From positions 1,200,001-1,232,000 of the forward strand of contig NC_003364.1 of the NCBI RefSeq assembly GCF_000007225.1: DNA of 32,000 bases. The letters run 5' to 3'. Source of the stretch: Pyrobaculum aerophilum str. IM2. Lineage in GTDB: Archaea; Thermoproteota; Thermoprotei; Thermoproteales; Thermoproteaceae. Position 1 is the stretch's first letter. Each line of letters opens with the position of its first letter. The notes beneath the pieces were generated by a model. The model searched no databases. It saw only the letters and a list, made by a program, of their open reading frames with translations, and was not told the DNA's origin. Both the position numbers and the translations under genes were made by a program. Positions 23,994 through 32,000 of the stretch are shown here, piece after piece.

Positions 23994-24614
23994 ATGGAGG
24001 TGGTCGCACTCTCCATGACAATAATGACAATTACTCCGTCGGGGGCCTTCTCCCCGGGCCCGCTGACGGCCTCGGCGGTGGCCAACGGATCTATCCGCGG
24101 GTGGAAAGCCGGTTTGTACACGGCGCTTGGCCACACCGCCTTTGAACTGCCCTATGTGGCGGCGCTGGTTTACGTCGCCAAGAGCCTAAACCTCGGAGTT
24201 TATAAAACGCCTCTGGCCGTTGCGGCCGCGGCCTTTATCGCCTACTTTGCGTATTTATTGTTGAGAGACGCATGGGGGATTATACACGGCAACCCGCCCG
24301 CGGCCCCTAAATCGAAATTCGCAAATCCTCTGGCCGCCGGCTTTGCCCTCACGGCTTTAAACCCCTATTTCTTAGTGTGGTGGATAACAGTGGCCTCCCC
24401 CGTTGTCGTGGCCCTGGCCGATCAGCCGCTTTATGTGTTTATTGTCGTATACGCCGCCCACGTGTGGATGGACTACTTCTGGCTGACGCTTATGGCGGCC
24501 CTTGGCAACGCCGCCACGAAGCTGTTATCCACAAGGGGCTACGCCGTATTTTTAACAGCTCTAGCAATTCTCTTGGTCTACTTCGGCGTAGAATTACTGC
24601 GCGGATTGTTTTAA
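23994..24614 (+). CDS. LysE/RhtB-family amino acid exporter
   Basis: 206-aa ORF with about 6 TM helices and the N-terminal SPGPLTA motif typical of the LysE family. TATA TTTTTTAAAG lies at about -24. Confidence 0.75.
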   Translation: MEVVALSMTIMTITPSGAFSPGPLTASAVANGSIRGWKAGLYTALGHTAFELPYVAALVYVAKSLNLGVYKTPLAVAAAAFIAYFAYLLLRDAWGIIHGNPPAAPKSKFANPLAAGFALTALNPYFLVWWITVASPVVVALADQPLYVFIVVYAAHVWMDYFWLTLMAALGNAATKLLSTRGYAVFLTALAILLVYFGVELLRGLF

Positions 24615-25289
24615 CAACGCCAGCATAGACCTGGCGTTTTCAAGCATGGCGTGATTGTTGTTAAAAAATACGTACACTTTCTTGGGGCCCAGCGCCAAAA
24701 TTCTCCCGGCCACCTCCCTCAGCTCCTCTTCGTCGTAGAAATGGGAATACCAAAAGGTGCGGCCGTGCATTCTCAAGTAAACAACGCCCCTCGTGGAGAC
24801 AATCCAAGAGGTCTCGGGGGAGTCCACTGAGACTAAGACGGCGCCAATTCCCTCGGCCCACTCAACCACCCCTTCTGTAAACCAACTGGGGTGTCTGAAC
24901 TCAAACGCGGCTCTCTCGCCGAGTGGCAACGCGATCTTTTCAATTCTAGACATGTTTTCTGCGGTTTTCTTAAAAGAGGGGGGCATTTGAAATAGGTAGA
25001 AGTCTATCAAATCCTCCATGGGGCGAAATAGGGCGAGAAAACGGCGCAAGAGCTCCAGAGCCCTCTCGGAGAGCTTTCTGTAGTGTGTCACCCCCCTGTA
25101 GACCTTCACAGCCCACCTAAGCCCGCGCCCGGCCTCGGCCCAGCTCCTCACTTGTTTCTCGCTCGGCATTCTGTAAAAGCTGGAGTTCAGCTCAACGGAG
25201 TTTAAGCCGGAGTTTTCCACATACCACTTTAAAGACTTACCCAAATTCCACGAGTAAAGCCACCCCGAAGTGCCGACGTATATCTCCAC
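24594..25289 (-). CDS. DUF72 (UPF0759) family protein
   Basis: Motifs are IYVGTSGWLYSWN, NSSFYRMP and FEFRHPSWF. The start is placed at GTG 25289 (VEIYVGTSGW) with TATA TTTTAAAG about 24 nt upstream. The track ATG 25349 would sit on the neighbouring gene's TATA box. Confidence 0.8.
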   Translation of the reverse strand: MEIYVGTSGWLYSWNLGKSLKWYVENSGLNSVELNSSFYRMPSEKQVRSWAEAGRGLRWAVKVYRGVTHYRKLSERALELLRRFLALFRPMEDLIDFYLFQMPPSFKKTAENMSRIEKIALPLGERAAFEFRHPSWFTEGVVEWAEGIGAVLVSVDSPETSWIVSTRGVVYLRMHGRTFWYSHFYDEEELREVAGRILALGPKKVYVFFNNNHAMLENARSMLALLKQSAQ

Positions 25290-25365
25290 GCGTTTAGACA
25301 GACACCGCTTTAAAACACTCACCTGTTGTGAGTTTCTCTTATAAACCACCTCTCAAGAGGCACAT

Positions 25366-25878
25366 ATGAAGGCGCGGATAACAATAGCAATACTGGCCGT
25401 GGCGCTTATCGTAGCAGCCGTGGCAATGGCCTACGCCCAAAACGCCACTGGGACAACGAAAACGCCGGCGGCTAAGGCCGGGTGGAGGCCTGAGTGGCAC
25501 AAAGGGTGGGCCCCGAGGGGAGTTACAGGCCAATGCAAAGCCGCCAATATAACTCTATACTCCACAAGCAGGCAGCTCACAATCACGGGCGACGGCATAA
25601 ACGTCGCCCTTAATGTCGACGTGGTTAACGCCAACGCCACGTCGCCTTACGGCAGAATAGTATACGGCACAGGCACGGTGCAATTAGGCGGCAATACTTA
25701 CACCGCCAAGAGCGTGTACGGAGCTGTTGGGCCGCGGGGCGCCACGCTGACTGTATACACTGGAAAAGAGCTCGTGGTTATTAGGTACTTCAACGGCCAG
25801 TACCTCGCCGTGGTCAAGACCTTCGGCCAGCAGGGCTACCAGAGGTACAACGGCACGGCCACGTTAAACATCTCCTAA
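25366..25878 (+). CDS. secreted protein of unknown function with several N-glycosylation sequons
   Basis: 170-aa ORF with the signal peptide MKARITIAILAVALIVAAVAMAYA, beta-rich composition and NAT/NIT/NGT sequons. TATA CTTATAAA lies at about -25. Confidence 0.6.
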   Translation: MKARITIAILAVALIVAAVAMAYAQNATGTTKTPAAKAGWRPEWHKGWAPRGVTGQCKAANITLYSTSRQLTITGDGINVALNVDVVNANATSPYGRIVYGTGTVQLGGNTYTAKSVYGAVGPRGATLTVYTGKELVVIRYFNGQYLAVVKTFGQQGYQRYNGTATLNIS

Positions 25879-25886
25879 AACAAAAA

Positions 25887-25906
25887 CCCCCCTTCCCCCC
25901 CCCCCC
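25887..25906. repeat. C6-TT-C12 homopolymer tract
   Basis: CCCCCCTTCCCCCCCCCCCC in the gap between the secreted-protein gene and the 3' end of tRNA-Asp. Confidence 0.95.
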
Positions 25907-26003
25907 TCAACCTAAGGCCACACTCCCTAGGGTTTTTGACTGGTTATGTTAAGCAGAACGGCCTCTTTCTATTTCCTCTGCGCGTAATGAATGAAAATAG
26001 GGT

Positions 26004-26120
26004 TGGCGCCCCGGCCGGGATTTGAACCCGGGTCACGGGCTCGACAGGCCCGCATACTAGTCCGGGCTATACTACCGGCTAGAGCGGTCGGCGTACCGTG
26101 GCTCCCCAGCCTGCCGGGGC
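26004..26120 (-). tRNA. tRNA-Asp (anticodon GTC) with a 39-nt intron in the 5' acceptor-stem region, CCA encoded
   Basis: The reverse strand reads GCCCCGG [CAGGCTGGGGAGCCACGGTACGCCGACCGCTCTAGCCGG] TA GTAT-AGCCCGGACTA-GTAT G CGGGC-CTGTCGA-GCCCG TGAC CCGGG-TTCAAAT-CCCGG CCGGGGC G CCA. Removing 39 nt gives a canonical 78-nt cloverleaf. The junction is ambiguous between positions 3/4 and 7/8 because CCGG is repeated at both borders. Confidence 0.85.
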
Positions 26121-26140
26121 AAGGTTCTGGTGAACTTGGG

Positions 26141-26148
26141 TATATAAC
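26141..26148 (-). promoter_or_regulatory. TATA box of the tRNA-Asp gene
   Basis: Reverse-strand GTTATATA lies 21-28 nt upstream of tRNA position 1 (26120). Confidence 0.5.
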
Positions 26149-26186
26149 TTTTTCTTCCACTTCCTCTTTTGGCGTCCTGCCAACGC

Positions 26187-26888
26187 CTATCTTAGCCCTA
26201 GGTACAGCCGGCCGAGTTCTTTATTGTTTAAGAGTTCCTTCGCTGGTCCGAAATAGTTTATCCGTCCCGAGACTAGTAAGTAGGCGTTGTCGGAGATTTC
26301 CAGCGCCTTTTTTGCGTTTTGCTCGGCCAAGACCACAGTGTAGCCCATGTCTTTTAGTTTTTGGATTAGCGTTAGAATTTCGGCTGCGAATTTCGGAGAT
26401 AACTGGGCTGTGGGTTCGTCGAATAAAAAGTACTTGGCATCTCTTATAAGCGCCATTGCCACCGCGACCATTTGTTTCCACCCTCCGCTCAGCTCGTAGG
26501 CCGGTCTCTTCAAATATGGCTTTATGGGGACTATCTCTAGGACTTCCTCAAGCTTGTCTTTGAACTTTTCGTCCTCCAGCCCATATCCCGCCATTCTCAA
26601 ATTCTCGTATACTGTGAGGTTTTGGAACACGTTTTTAGTCTGTTGTAAGTAGGCGAGGCCCAGCCTTGCCCTTTCGTGAGGCGGTTTTTTAGTCACGTCG
26701 AGGCCTCCAATATAGACACTCCCTGAGAATATTCTAGCTATCCCCGCAACTGCTTTTAACAACGTTGACTTACCGCTGCCGTTGGGCCCCACCACTGCCG
26801 TTATCTCCCCCGGCCTCGCCTCGAAGTCCACTTCGTAGAGGACTTGAAGCTTCCCGTATCCCGCGTTAAGCGCCTTGGCTGATATCAT
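26187..26888 (-). CDS. livF: branched-chain amino acid ABC transporter ATP-binding protein (LivF-type)
   Basis: Walker A GPNGSGKST, signature LSGGWKQM, Walker B YFLFDEP. ATGA overlap with livG (26885-26888). Confidence 0.9.
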   Translation of the reverse strand: MISAKALNAGYGKLQVLYEVDFEARPGEITAVVGPNGSGKSTLLKAVAGIARIFSGSVYIGGLDVTKKPPHERARLGLAYLQQTKNVFQNLTVYENLRMAGYGLEDEKFKDKLEEVLEIVPIKPYLKRPAYELSGGWKQMVAVAMALIRDAKYFLFDEPTAQLSPKFAAEILTLIQKLKDMGYTVVLAEQNAKKALEISDNAYLLVSGRINYFGPAKELLNNKELGRLYLGLR

Positions 26889-27628
26889 TCTCCCAAGTAG
26901 ATCTGGGCCACTAGGGGGTTTTTAAAGACTTGGTCGGGCGGTCCCTCCAACACCACCTTTCCCTCGTGCATAAAATAGGCATAGTCTGCGAAGTCTATCG
27001 CCAGGTCCAGCCTGTGTTCCACCACTAGTAGTGCCACGCCCGTTTTTGCCAAGTCCCTAAGCCTTTTGAAGAGGTCCAGGGCGAGGCTTGGGTTGAGGCC
27101 TGCGGCGGGCTCGTCAAGTAGCAGAACTGCGGCGCCTGACATGACGGCCCTGGCCAGTTCTAAAAGCTTCATTTGGCCGCCGCTTAACTCCCCGGCAGGC
27201 CTGTCCCACATATGGTCAAGGCCTACGATTTTTAATAGCTGAAACGCCCTGTCCGCCAGCTCCCTCTCCCTCTTCTCCCAGCCCCCCAGCGCCGGTTTCT
27301 CATTTTGTAAATATCCCACTATAACGTTGTCGAGGACTGTGAGTTTAAAGGCAAGGCGCGGCGTCTGGAAGGTTCTAAATATGCCCAGCCTTCTCCTCTC
27401 ATAGGAGGGCAAGTCCGTTATGTCTCTGCCGCCGTAAATAATCCTCCCTCCGTCTGCTTGCAAAAGCCCAGTCACTACATTTATGAGCGTGGTCTTTCCA
27501 GATCCGTTAGGCCCTGCCAGCAGGGTGAAAAAACCTGGCCTTACCTCGACGGTGGCCCCGTCAAGGGCCTTTACCCCGCCGAAACGCTTTACGAGTCCCT
27601 CAGCTCTTAACAATGGCCCAGATTTCAT
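26885..27628 (-). CDS. livG: branched-chain amino acid ABC transporter ATP-binding protein (LivG-type)
   Basis: Walker A GPNGSGKTT, signature LSGGQMKLLELA, Walker B LLLLDEP. It has the LivG-type C-terminal extension. Confidence 0.9.
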   Translation of the reverse strand: MKSGPLLRAEGLVKRFGGVKALDGATVEVRPGFFTLLAGPNGSGKTTLINVVTGLLQADGGRIIYGGRDITDLPSYERRRLGIFRTFQTPRLAFKLTVLDNVIVGYLQNEKPALGGWEKRERELADRAFQLLKIVGLDHMWDRPAGELSGGQMKLLELARAVMSGAAVLLLDEPAAGLNPSLALDLFKRLRDLAKTGVALLVVEHRLDLAIDFADYAYFMHEGKVVLEGPPDQVFKNPLVAQIYLGE

Positions 27629-28994
27629 AATCGGCGCTTTCCCTATCCCCGGCCTCGTTCAGCTTAGTGTAGCCAGAGGCGCCGAAGTATTTAGCCGCCA
27701 CTGTTGGGAGTGTGTCATGTATCTTCTGGCTATCCGCCGTCCCAGCTTGGAGTATGGAGTACGCAATTAGCCACACTGCGTCGTAGGCGTTATAGGCGTA
27801 GGAGTCGGGCTCTCTGTTGTAGTTCTTGAGAATGTAGTCTCTCACTCTGTCGTAGTAGGGGCTTCTGGCTGGGGCGAACTTAGGGCTTACAAATCCGCCT
27901 ACTTGCACTGCGAATTGTGCGGCGTCTGGCACTAGGAGCTCTGAGAGGCCGGTGGAGCCGTCGGCTCCGTACCACTTTACTTGTTTTAATTCCTCGTATT
28001 TAGCCGCCGTGATGAAAATAGTCTGCAACTCGGCGAATCCAAAGGCCGCCACAGCCACTTTATCCGCGCCGTATTTGGCAATTGCCTCTCTGACTTTTTG
28101 GGCCAAGACGCTGACTTCAGTTGAGAACTCTCCCTTCTGCGGGTCGTAAGTAGCTGCCCTAATGACCTCAAACCCTCTGGACTGGGCCACGGCCTCAAGC
28201 CCTTTCACCAGCCCGTTGCCCCAGTCGTCATTACGCCAAATTACAACAACAGCCTTAACGCCCGCGTCTTGCAGTATTTTAGATATCGCCTTAACTTGTT
28301 TTGTGTCGTCTGGCGGGAGCCTAAACACGTAGTCCCCCGGTATGGCGAGGGCGGGGGCTGTTGAAGACACGGAAATCACAATGAGCTTGTTCTCGTCTGC
28401 ATATGGCTTCATGGTGCGCACTTCGCCGGAAGTCCTCACTATATAGAACTTAACCCCTCTGCTGTGTAAGGCCTTCATTTGATCGAGAGCCTTAGTGGGA
28501 TCGGCGGCCGTGTCAGCCGTCACAACTCTAATTCTAAATGTGGCGTTTATCTTCGTGAGGTAGGCGTTTACATCTTGTTCGGCCAGAGTAGCCGCCGCCG
28601 CGGCCAACTGGCCTAGCGACGCAAGTCTGCCGCTGAGGGGTTGCAGGACTCCTATTTCTACTACTGTAGGCGCCTCCGTTGGCTTGACGTCAACTATGAC
28701 AGGCGTTAAGTAATCTGGCGGCGGCTGTTGCACCGGGGGCTGGCCTTTCACTACTTTGTCCTCGGCGGCTATGTACATGCCTATTAACTGCCACTTATAC
28801 GTCGGAGCTACAGTCGTCGTGGTCTGAGTTGTAGTGGCAGAGGGGGTTGGCGTAGAGGTCGTTGCCGGCGGTTGCGTGGGGCTTGTCCTCGTCGGCGTTG
28901 GGGTTTGTTGAGGTTGTGTAGAGAGGAATAACAGTGCCGCAACAACTGCCACAATTATAACGAGGGCTATCCCAATTCCCACTGTTTTGTTCAT
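27600..28994 (-). CDS. membrane-anchored type-1 periplasmic-binding-fold substrate-binding protein (LivJ/K-like)
   Basis: 464-aa ORF with an N-terminal TM anchor and a Thr/Pro/Gln-rich linker (TPTPTRTSPTQPPATTSTPTPSATTTQTTTT). The rest is an ANF-receptor/LivK-like body (GVLQPLSGRLASLG, WYGADG). Confidence 0.85.
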   Translation of the reverse strand: MNKTVGIGIALVIIVAVVAALLFLSTQPQQTPTPTRTSPTQPPATTSTPTPSATTTQTTTTVAPTYKWQLIGMYIAAEDKVVKGQPPVQQPPPDYLTPVIVDVKPTEAPTVVEIGVLQPLSGRLASLGQLAAAAATLAEQDVNAYLTKINATFRIRVVTADTAADPTKALDQMKALHSRGVKFYIVRTSGEVRTMKPYADENKLIVISVSSTAPALAIPGDYVFRLPPDDTKQVKAISKILQDAGVKAVVVIWRNDDWGNGLVKGLEAVAQSRGFEVIRAATYDPQKGEFSTEVSVLAQKVREAIAKYGADKVAVAAFGFAELQTIFITAAKYEELKQVKWYGADGSTGLSELLVPDAAQFAVQVGGFVSPKFAPARSPYYDRVRDYILKNYNREPDSYAYNAYDAVWLIAYSILQAGTADSQKIHDTLPTVAAKYFGASGYTKLNEAGDRESADYEIWAIVKS

Positions 28995-29013
28995 AGTGTA
29001 CAGTAAGTTGGTG

Positions 29014-29033
29014 TTTTTAAGCTTATTTAAATA
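29014..29033. promoter_or_regulatory. divergent promoter region of the split liv cluster
   Basis: The 59-nt spacer contains TTATTTAAATA 21-31 nt upstream of livH ATG 29054. On the other strand, CTTAAAAAC lies 20-28 nt upstream of the binding-protein ATG 28994. Confidence 0.5.
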
Positions 29034-29053
29034 CGTGTTTTTATCTCGCCATT

Positions 29054-30013
29054 ATGGCTAAATGGTATGTATTTATTGTACTTGTCGCTTGGATTGTAAT
29101 ATCTTCTTTTTATTTTCCGCGCGAAGTCGCAGATGCGTTAGTATACGCCTCAGTTTTAGTGCTCGCATCAGTCGGCTTGACATTAACCTACCAGACCACT
29201 AAAGTGCCTAACTTCGCGCACGGAGTTTTTATAAACCTCGGCGTGATGGCCGCCCTCACAGTGGCGCAGATTTATAAAACATCTCCTTATGCGGCGTTGC
29301 CCCTGGCCGTGGTCTTGTCAACTGCATCTTCACTCGCCTTGTATTTTTTCCTCCTCCCGCTTTATAAGAGGCAAAGCCCGCCGGAGGTTATGATGATGGC
29401 CACAATGGCTTATAACATAGTCTTTATAGGAGTTTTAAACGCGTATGCGGATTGGATAGGGAGAGCTGCCGGTATTTTCACTAGGGGGATTACCTTAAGG
29501 CCCTACGACGTGGAAATACTCGGCACCGCCGGCGTTTACATATTAGCCCCACTGACGGCCTCCGCGATCTCCCTCGCCCTTTACCTTTTTTTAAAAACAA
29601 AAATCGGCACTGCGCTGAGGGCCGCGGTTGAGAACGAGGAACTGGCCAGGACCTTGGGGATAAACGTTGAAAGGATGTACGCAATTGCCTGGGCAATATC
29701 GGGCGCCGTCGCCGGCGTTGCGGGGGTTTTTCTGCCTTTGTACATAGAGGCTACGCCTGACGTTGGGTGGCTCCTCCTCGCGAGCTTCTTCGCGGCGAGT
29801 ATAGTGGGGGGTTTGAATAATATCTACGGGGCGTTGGCCGGAGGGGTTTTAATGGGCTTTGTGGAGCTGCTCGGCACTATTCAATTCGCAGCGCTTTTAA
29901 ACGCCCTTTTCGCTACGCCTCAGTACCAAGTCACCGCCTACAGGCCTCTAGTGCCGTTGCTCGCAATAGCCATTACTCTACTCATATCCCCTAAAGGACT
30001 GTTGGGGCGATGA
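29054..30013 (+). CDS. livH: branched-chain amino acid ABC transporter permease (LivH-type)
   Basis: 319-aa polytopic protein. VPNFAHGVF and GTALRAAVENEELARTLGINV are typical of LivH. Confidence 0.88.
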   Translation: MAKWYVFIVLVAWIVISSFYFPREVADALVYASVLVLASVGLTLTYQTTKVPNFAHGVFINLGVMAALTVAQIYKTSPYAALPLAVVLSTASSLALYFFLLPLYKRQSPPEVMMMATMAYNIVFIGVLNAYADWIGRAAGIFTRGITLRPYDVEILGTAGVYILAPLTASAISLALYLFLKTKIGTALRAAVENEELARTLGINVERMYAIAWAISGAVAGVAGVFLPLYIEATPDVGWLLLASFFAASIVGGLNNIYGALAGGVLMGFVELLGTIQFAALLNALFATPQYQVTAYRPLVPLLAIAITLLISPKGLLGR

Positions 30014-31095
30014 GGCGTTACGCGGGAGTACTGGCATACATCGCCAGCGTTTTAGTGGTCTGGGCTACTGGCCGTGATGTGAATAGCTATATGCTCACCA
30101 CCGCAGTGGACATTTCGATATACGTGCTCATAACGCTTTCGCTAAACTTAGAGGCGGGCATCGCCGGGATACCCAACTTCGGGAGAGTTTTAACAGTGGC
30201 ATTCGGCGCATATATCGCGGGGGGCGTGCTGGGCAGAATAGCCCTCTGGGCGCTGGGGCTTAATTACGATTACGTCGCCGATAACCCAACCGCGGTATCT
30301 GCGCTGTCTAAAACTCTCACGCCCCCAATGGCAGCCCTGCTGTTATTAGCTGGGTTGTTTCTAGCGGGCATTGTAGGCGCGGCTATTGGCGTCGCGTCCT
30401 CATTCCCCGCGAGGAGGCTGACGGCGGATTATCTGGCGATTACCCTACTGGCCTTTGGCGACGTGGCATATTACATAGGTCTTAACTACGAGCCCCTCGT
30501 AGGCGGAACGCTAGGCGTTTCAGCGCCTCCTATTTACGAGGGCATTTTCGGAGGCGGCGTCATGAGGGCCGTGGGCGCCGCCTTGGTCTCCGCATCTGTG
30601 GCGACGGCCACATACGCCTTGTTTACAAGGCTGGACAAGTCCCCATTTGGGAGAATTTTAAGAGTCCACAGGGAAGATCCCGAGTTAGTGTCCATGTTGG
30701 GGAGAGACCCGGCGGCACTACGGGGGTGGGCCATGGCAATTGGAGGGGCCGCGTCTGCAGTCGCAGGGCTTTTATATGCATTATACGTCGGCGCGGTGCA
30801 CCCCAGGGGCTTTGAGAGAATTAACTTCACCTTCTATCCGTGGCTTATAATGGTAATGGGCGGCATGGGGAGCAACCGCGGCGTTTTAGAAGGCGTATTT
30901 ATATTTATTGTGATCTACCGCCTCCTCGATATATACAAGTATGAAGTCGGCAACGTTGTTGGTTTTGACCCTGTTTGGCTAGGCTATATTCTCTTCGGCG
31001 CGTTAGCCATGTTAGTAATTGTGACAATGCCCCGGGGGGTAGTCCCAGAGGAAGCAAAACCGCTTATTGAGATAAAGAGGCGCGGAGAGGAATGA
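30010..31095 (+). CDS. livM: branched-chain amino acid ABC transporter permease (LivM-type)
   Basis: 361-aa polytopic protein with SPFGRILRVHREDPELVSMLG and a GGMGSNRG motif. ATGA overlap with livH. Confidence 0.88.
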   Translation: MRRYAGVLAYIASVLVVWATGRDVNSYMLTTAVDISIYVLITLSLNLEAGIAGIPNFGRVLTVAFGAYIAGGVLGRIALWALGLNYDYVADNPTAVSALSKTLTPPMAALLLLAGLFLAGIVGAAIGVASSFPARRLTADYLAITLLAFGDVAYYIGLNYEPLVGGTLGVSAPPIYEGIFGGGVMRAVGAALVSASVATATYALFTRLDKSPFGRILRVHREDPELVSMLGRDPAALRGWAMAIGGAASAVAGLLYALYVGAVHPRGFERINFTFYPWLIMVMGGMGSNRGVLEGVFIFIVIYRLLDIYKYEVGNVVGFDPVWLGYILFGALAMLVIVTMPRGVVPEEAKPLIEIKRRGEE

Positions 31096-31205
31096 GGCGA
31101 ATTCCCCTCTTGTAATAATTCGAAATTGGTTCGGAATAGAAATACTTAAAAATACATGATATAGAGGTACTCAAGACGTCTGAAGTAAAAGGCCCGTATC
31201 TGGGG

Positions 31206-31751
31206 ATGAAAATACCAGAAGATCTATGCTTCAACACCGACCACGGCCCGAAATGCTTTAAGGACTATAAGGGCAAGTGGCTGTTGCTTTTCAGCCACCC
31301 GGCGGACTTCACCCCCGTGTGCACCACGGAGTTCGTGGCGTTTAGCAGGAAATATGAGGAGTTTAAGAAAAGAGGCGTCGAGCTGTTAGGCCTCAGCGTT
31401 GATACAAACTACAGCCACATTGAGTGGAAGAGGCAGATTGAGCAAGCATTCGGCGTCAAAGTGCCCTTCCCCATAATCGCAGATGTGGATATGAAAGTCG
31501 CCAGCATTTTCAACGCCGTGCCGCCGGGGCAAAACCTCACAGTGAGAACTGTCGCGTTGATAGACCCAGACTTAAAGCTCGCGTGGTTCGCGGCCTATCC
31601 CTACACCAACGGCCGTAATATCGACGAGATCCTCAGAGTTATCGACGCAATTCAATTCTCATATAAATACGGCTACGCCACGCCGGCAGACTGGAAGCCG
31701 GGCGACCCTGTTATCGTCCCACCGCCGCCTACCACAGAAGGGGCCGCGTAG
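31206..31751 (+). CDS. peroxiredoxin (Prx6/archaeal Prx type), short form without the C-terminal arm
   Basis: The peroxidatic Cys motif is FSHPADFTPVCTTEF. The thioredoxin-fold body continues to WKPGDPVIVPPPP. At 181 aa it is shorter than the 215-250 aa I recall for archaeal homologues. Confidence 0.88.
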   Translation: MKIPEDLCFNTDHGPKCFKDYKGKWLLLFSHPADFTPVCTTEFVAFSRKYEEFKKRGVELLGLSVDTNYSHIEWKRQIEQAFGVKVPFPIIADVDMKVASIFNAVPPGQNLTVRTVALIDPDLKLAWFAAYPYTNGRNIDEILRVIDAIQFSYKYGYATPADWKPGDPVIVPPPPTTEGAA

Positions 31752-32000
31752 GCGGCTCTCCACATCTGCCAGGGCAATCCCACGTCGGCATATATACAGC
31801 CAGCAGGCGCCCTCCCCCTAACCGGCTTGTCTACTATAATCCCCATGTCGAGCTTAAAGCGGTAGACAAATCTGTCAAAAGCGGCAAACGCCGCGAAGAA
31901 CCACGCAGTTCTCTCCTCGAGGGATATCCTCACCACGTCGCCAAACCACTGGTTAAGCCAGATGGTCTTGCTCCTGGCAATATCCCCAAGCTCTTTAAGA
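31673..32000 (-). CDS. partial ORF (open to the window end), unknown function
   Basis: The reverse frame is open from 32000 (LKELGDIARSKTIWLNQWFGDVVRISLEERTAWFFAAFAAFDRFVYRF...) to a stop at 31673. The last ~26 codons are antisense to the peroxiredoxin 3' end. No motif recognised. Confidence 0.3.
   Translation of the reverse strand, partial: LKELGDIARSKTIWLNQWFGDVVRISLEERTAWFFAAFAAFDRFVYRFKLDMGIIVDKPVRGRAPAGCIYADVGLPWQMWRAAYAAPSVVGGGGTITGSPGFQSAGVA

Noticed and set aside
25969-26449. ORFs 25991..26449 (+) and 25969..26160 (-)
   Set aside because: They overlap the intron-containing tRNA-Asp gene and the 3' end of livF. Their composition is Arg/Pro/Ser-rich, and the tRNA fold explains the locus.
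28009-28015. Perfect C-box heptamer GTGATGA antisense to the binding-protein gene; other TGATGA hits at 29391 (livH, codes MMM), 17248 (antisense), 9408 and 1316 (in CDS), 8300 and 8752 (AT-rich pseudogene)
   Set aside because: None has a CTGA D box at the required distance or a recognisable C'/D' pair. They are chance occurrences within coding or AT-rich sequence.
1-32000. CRISPR arrays, cas genes, rRNA genes, IS elements with terminal inverted repeats
   Set aside because: Reading both strands showed no periodic direct repeats, no transposase- or Cas-like ORFs, and no rRNA-like conserved blocks.

Overview
The window looks like a chromosomal segment of a Thermoproteaceae crenarchaeon, probably Pyrobaculum or Thermoproteus. 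The evidence is GC-rich, tightly packed genes, TATA-like boxes 20-30 nt upstream of start codons (leaderless style), ATGA/GTGA start-stop overlaps, tRNA genes with introns at non-canonical positions, and a decayed gene that I recall as PaREP2-like. Most of the content is housekeeping or metabolic: a MoxR ATPase with a transglutaminase cluster, aldehyde:ferredoxin oxidoreductase, a DegT aminotransferase, DUF59/TusA/flavin reductase genes, acyl-CoA dehydrogenase, an HTH-PRT/CBS/QueC operon, a C-N hydrolase, a LysE exporter, DUF72, a complete Liv-type ABC transporter and a peroxiredoxin. Features that stand out: (1) four hand-parsed C/D-box sRNA candidates, including a convergent pair that fills one intergenic gap, uses the flanking stop codons as C boxes and shares a palindrome as D boxes; (2) a very AT-rich island of about 2 kb holding an intact Zn-alcohol dehydrogenase and a frameshifted livM-like pseudogene, back-to-back with AOR, plus a KaiC-like gene whose composition changes mid-gene; (3) an uncharacterised module of two divergent KaiC/RecA-like ATPases, a coupled small protein and a wHTH; (4) a three-gene operon ending in a VWA/MIDAS protein with no adjacent AAA+ partner; (5) a decayed gene between two tRNAs interrupted only by in-frame TAA codons. 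No CRISPR array, integrase or rRNA was seen. All family assignments come from motifs read by eye; no database search was run.
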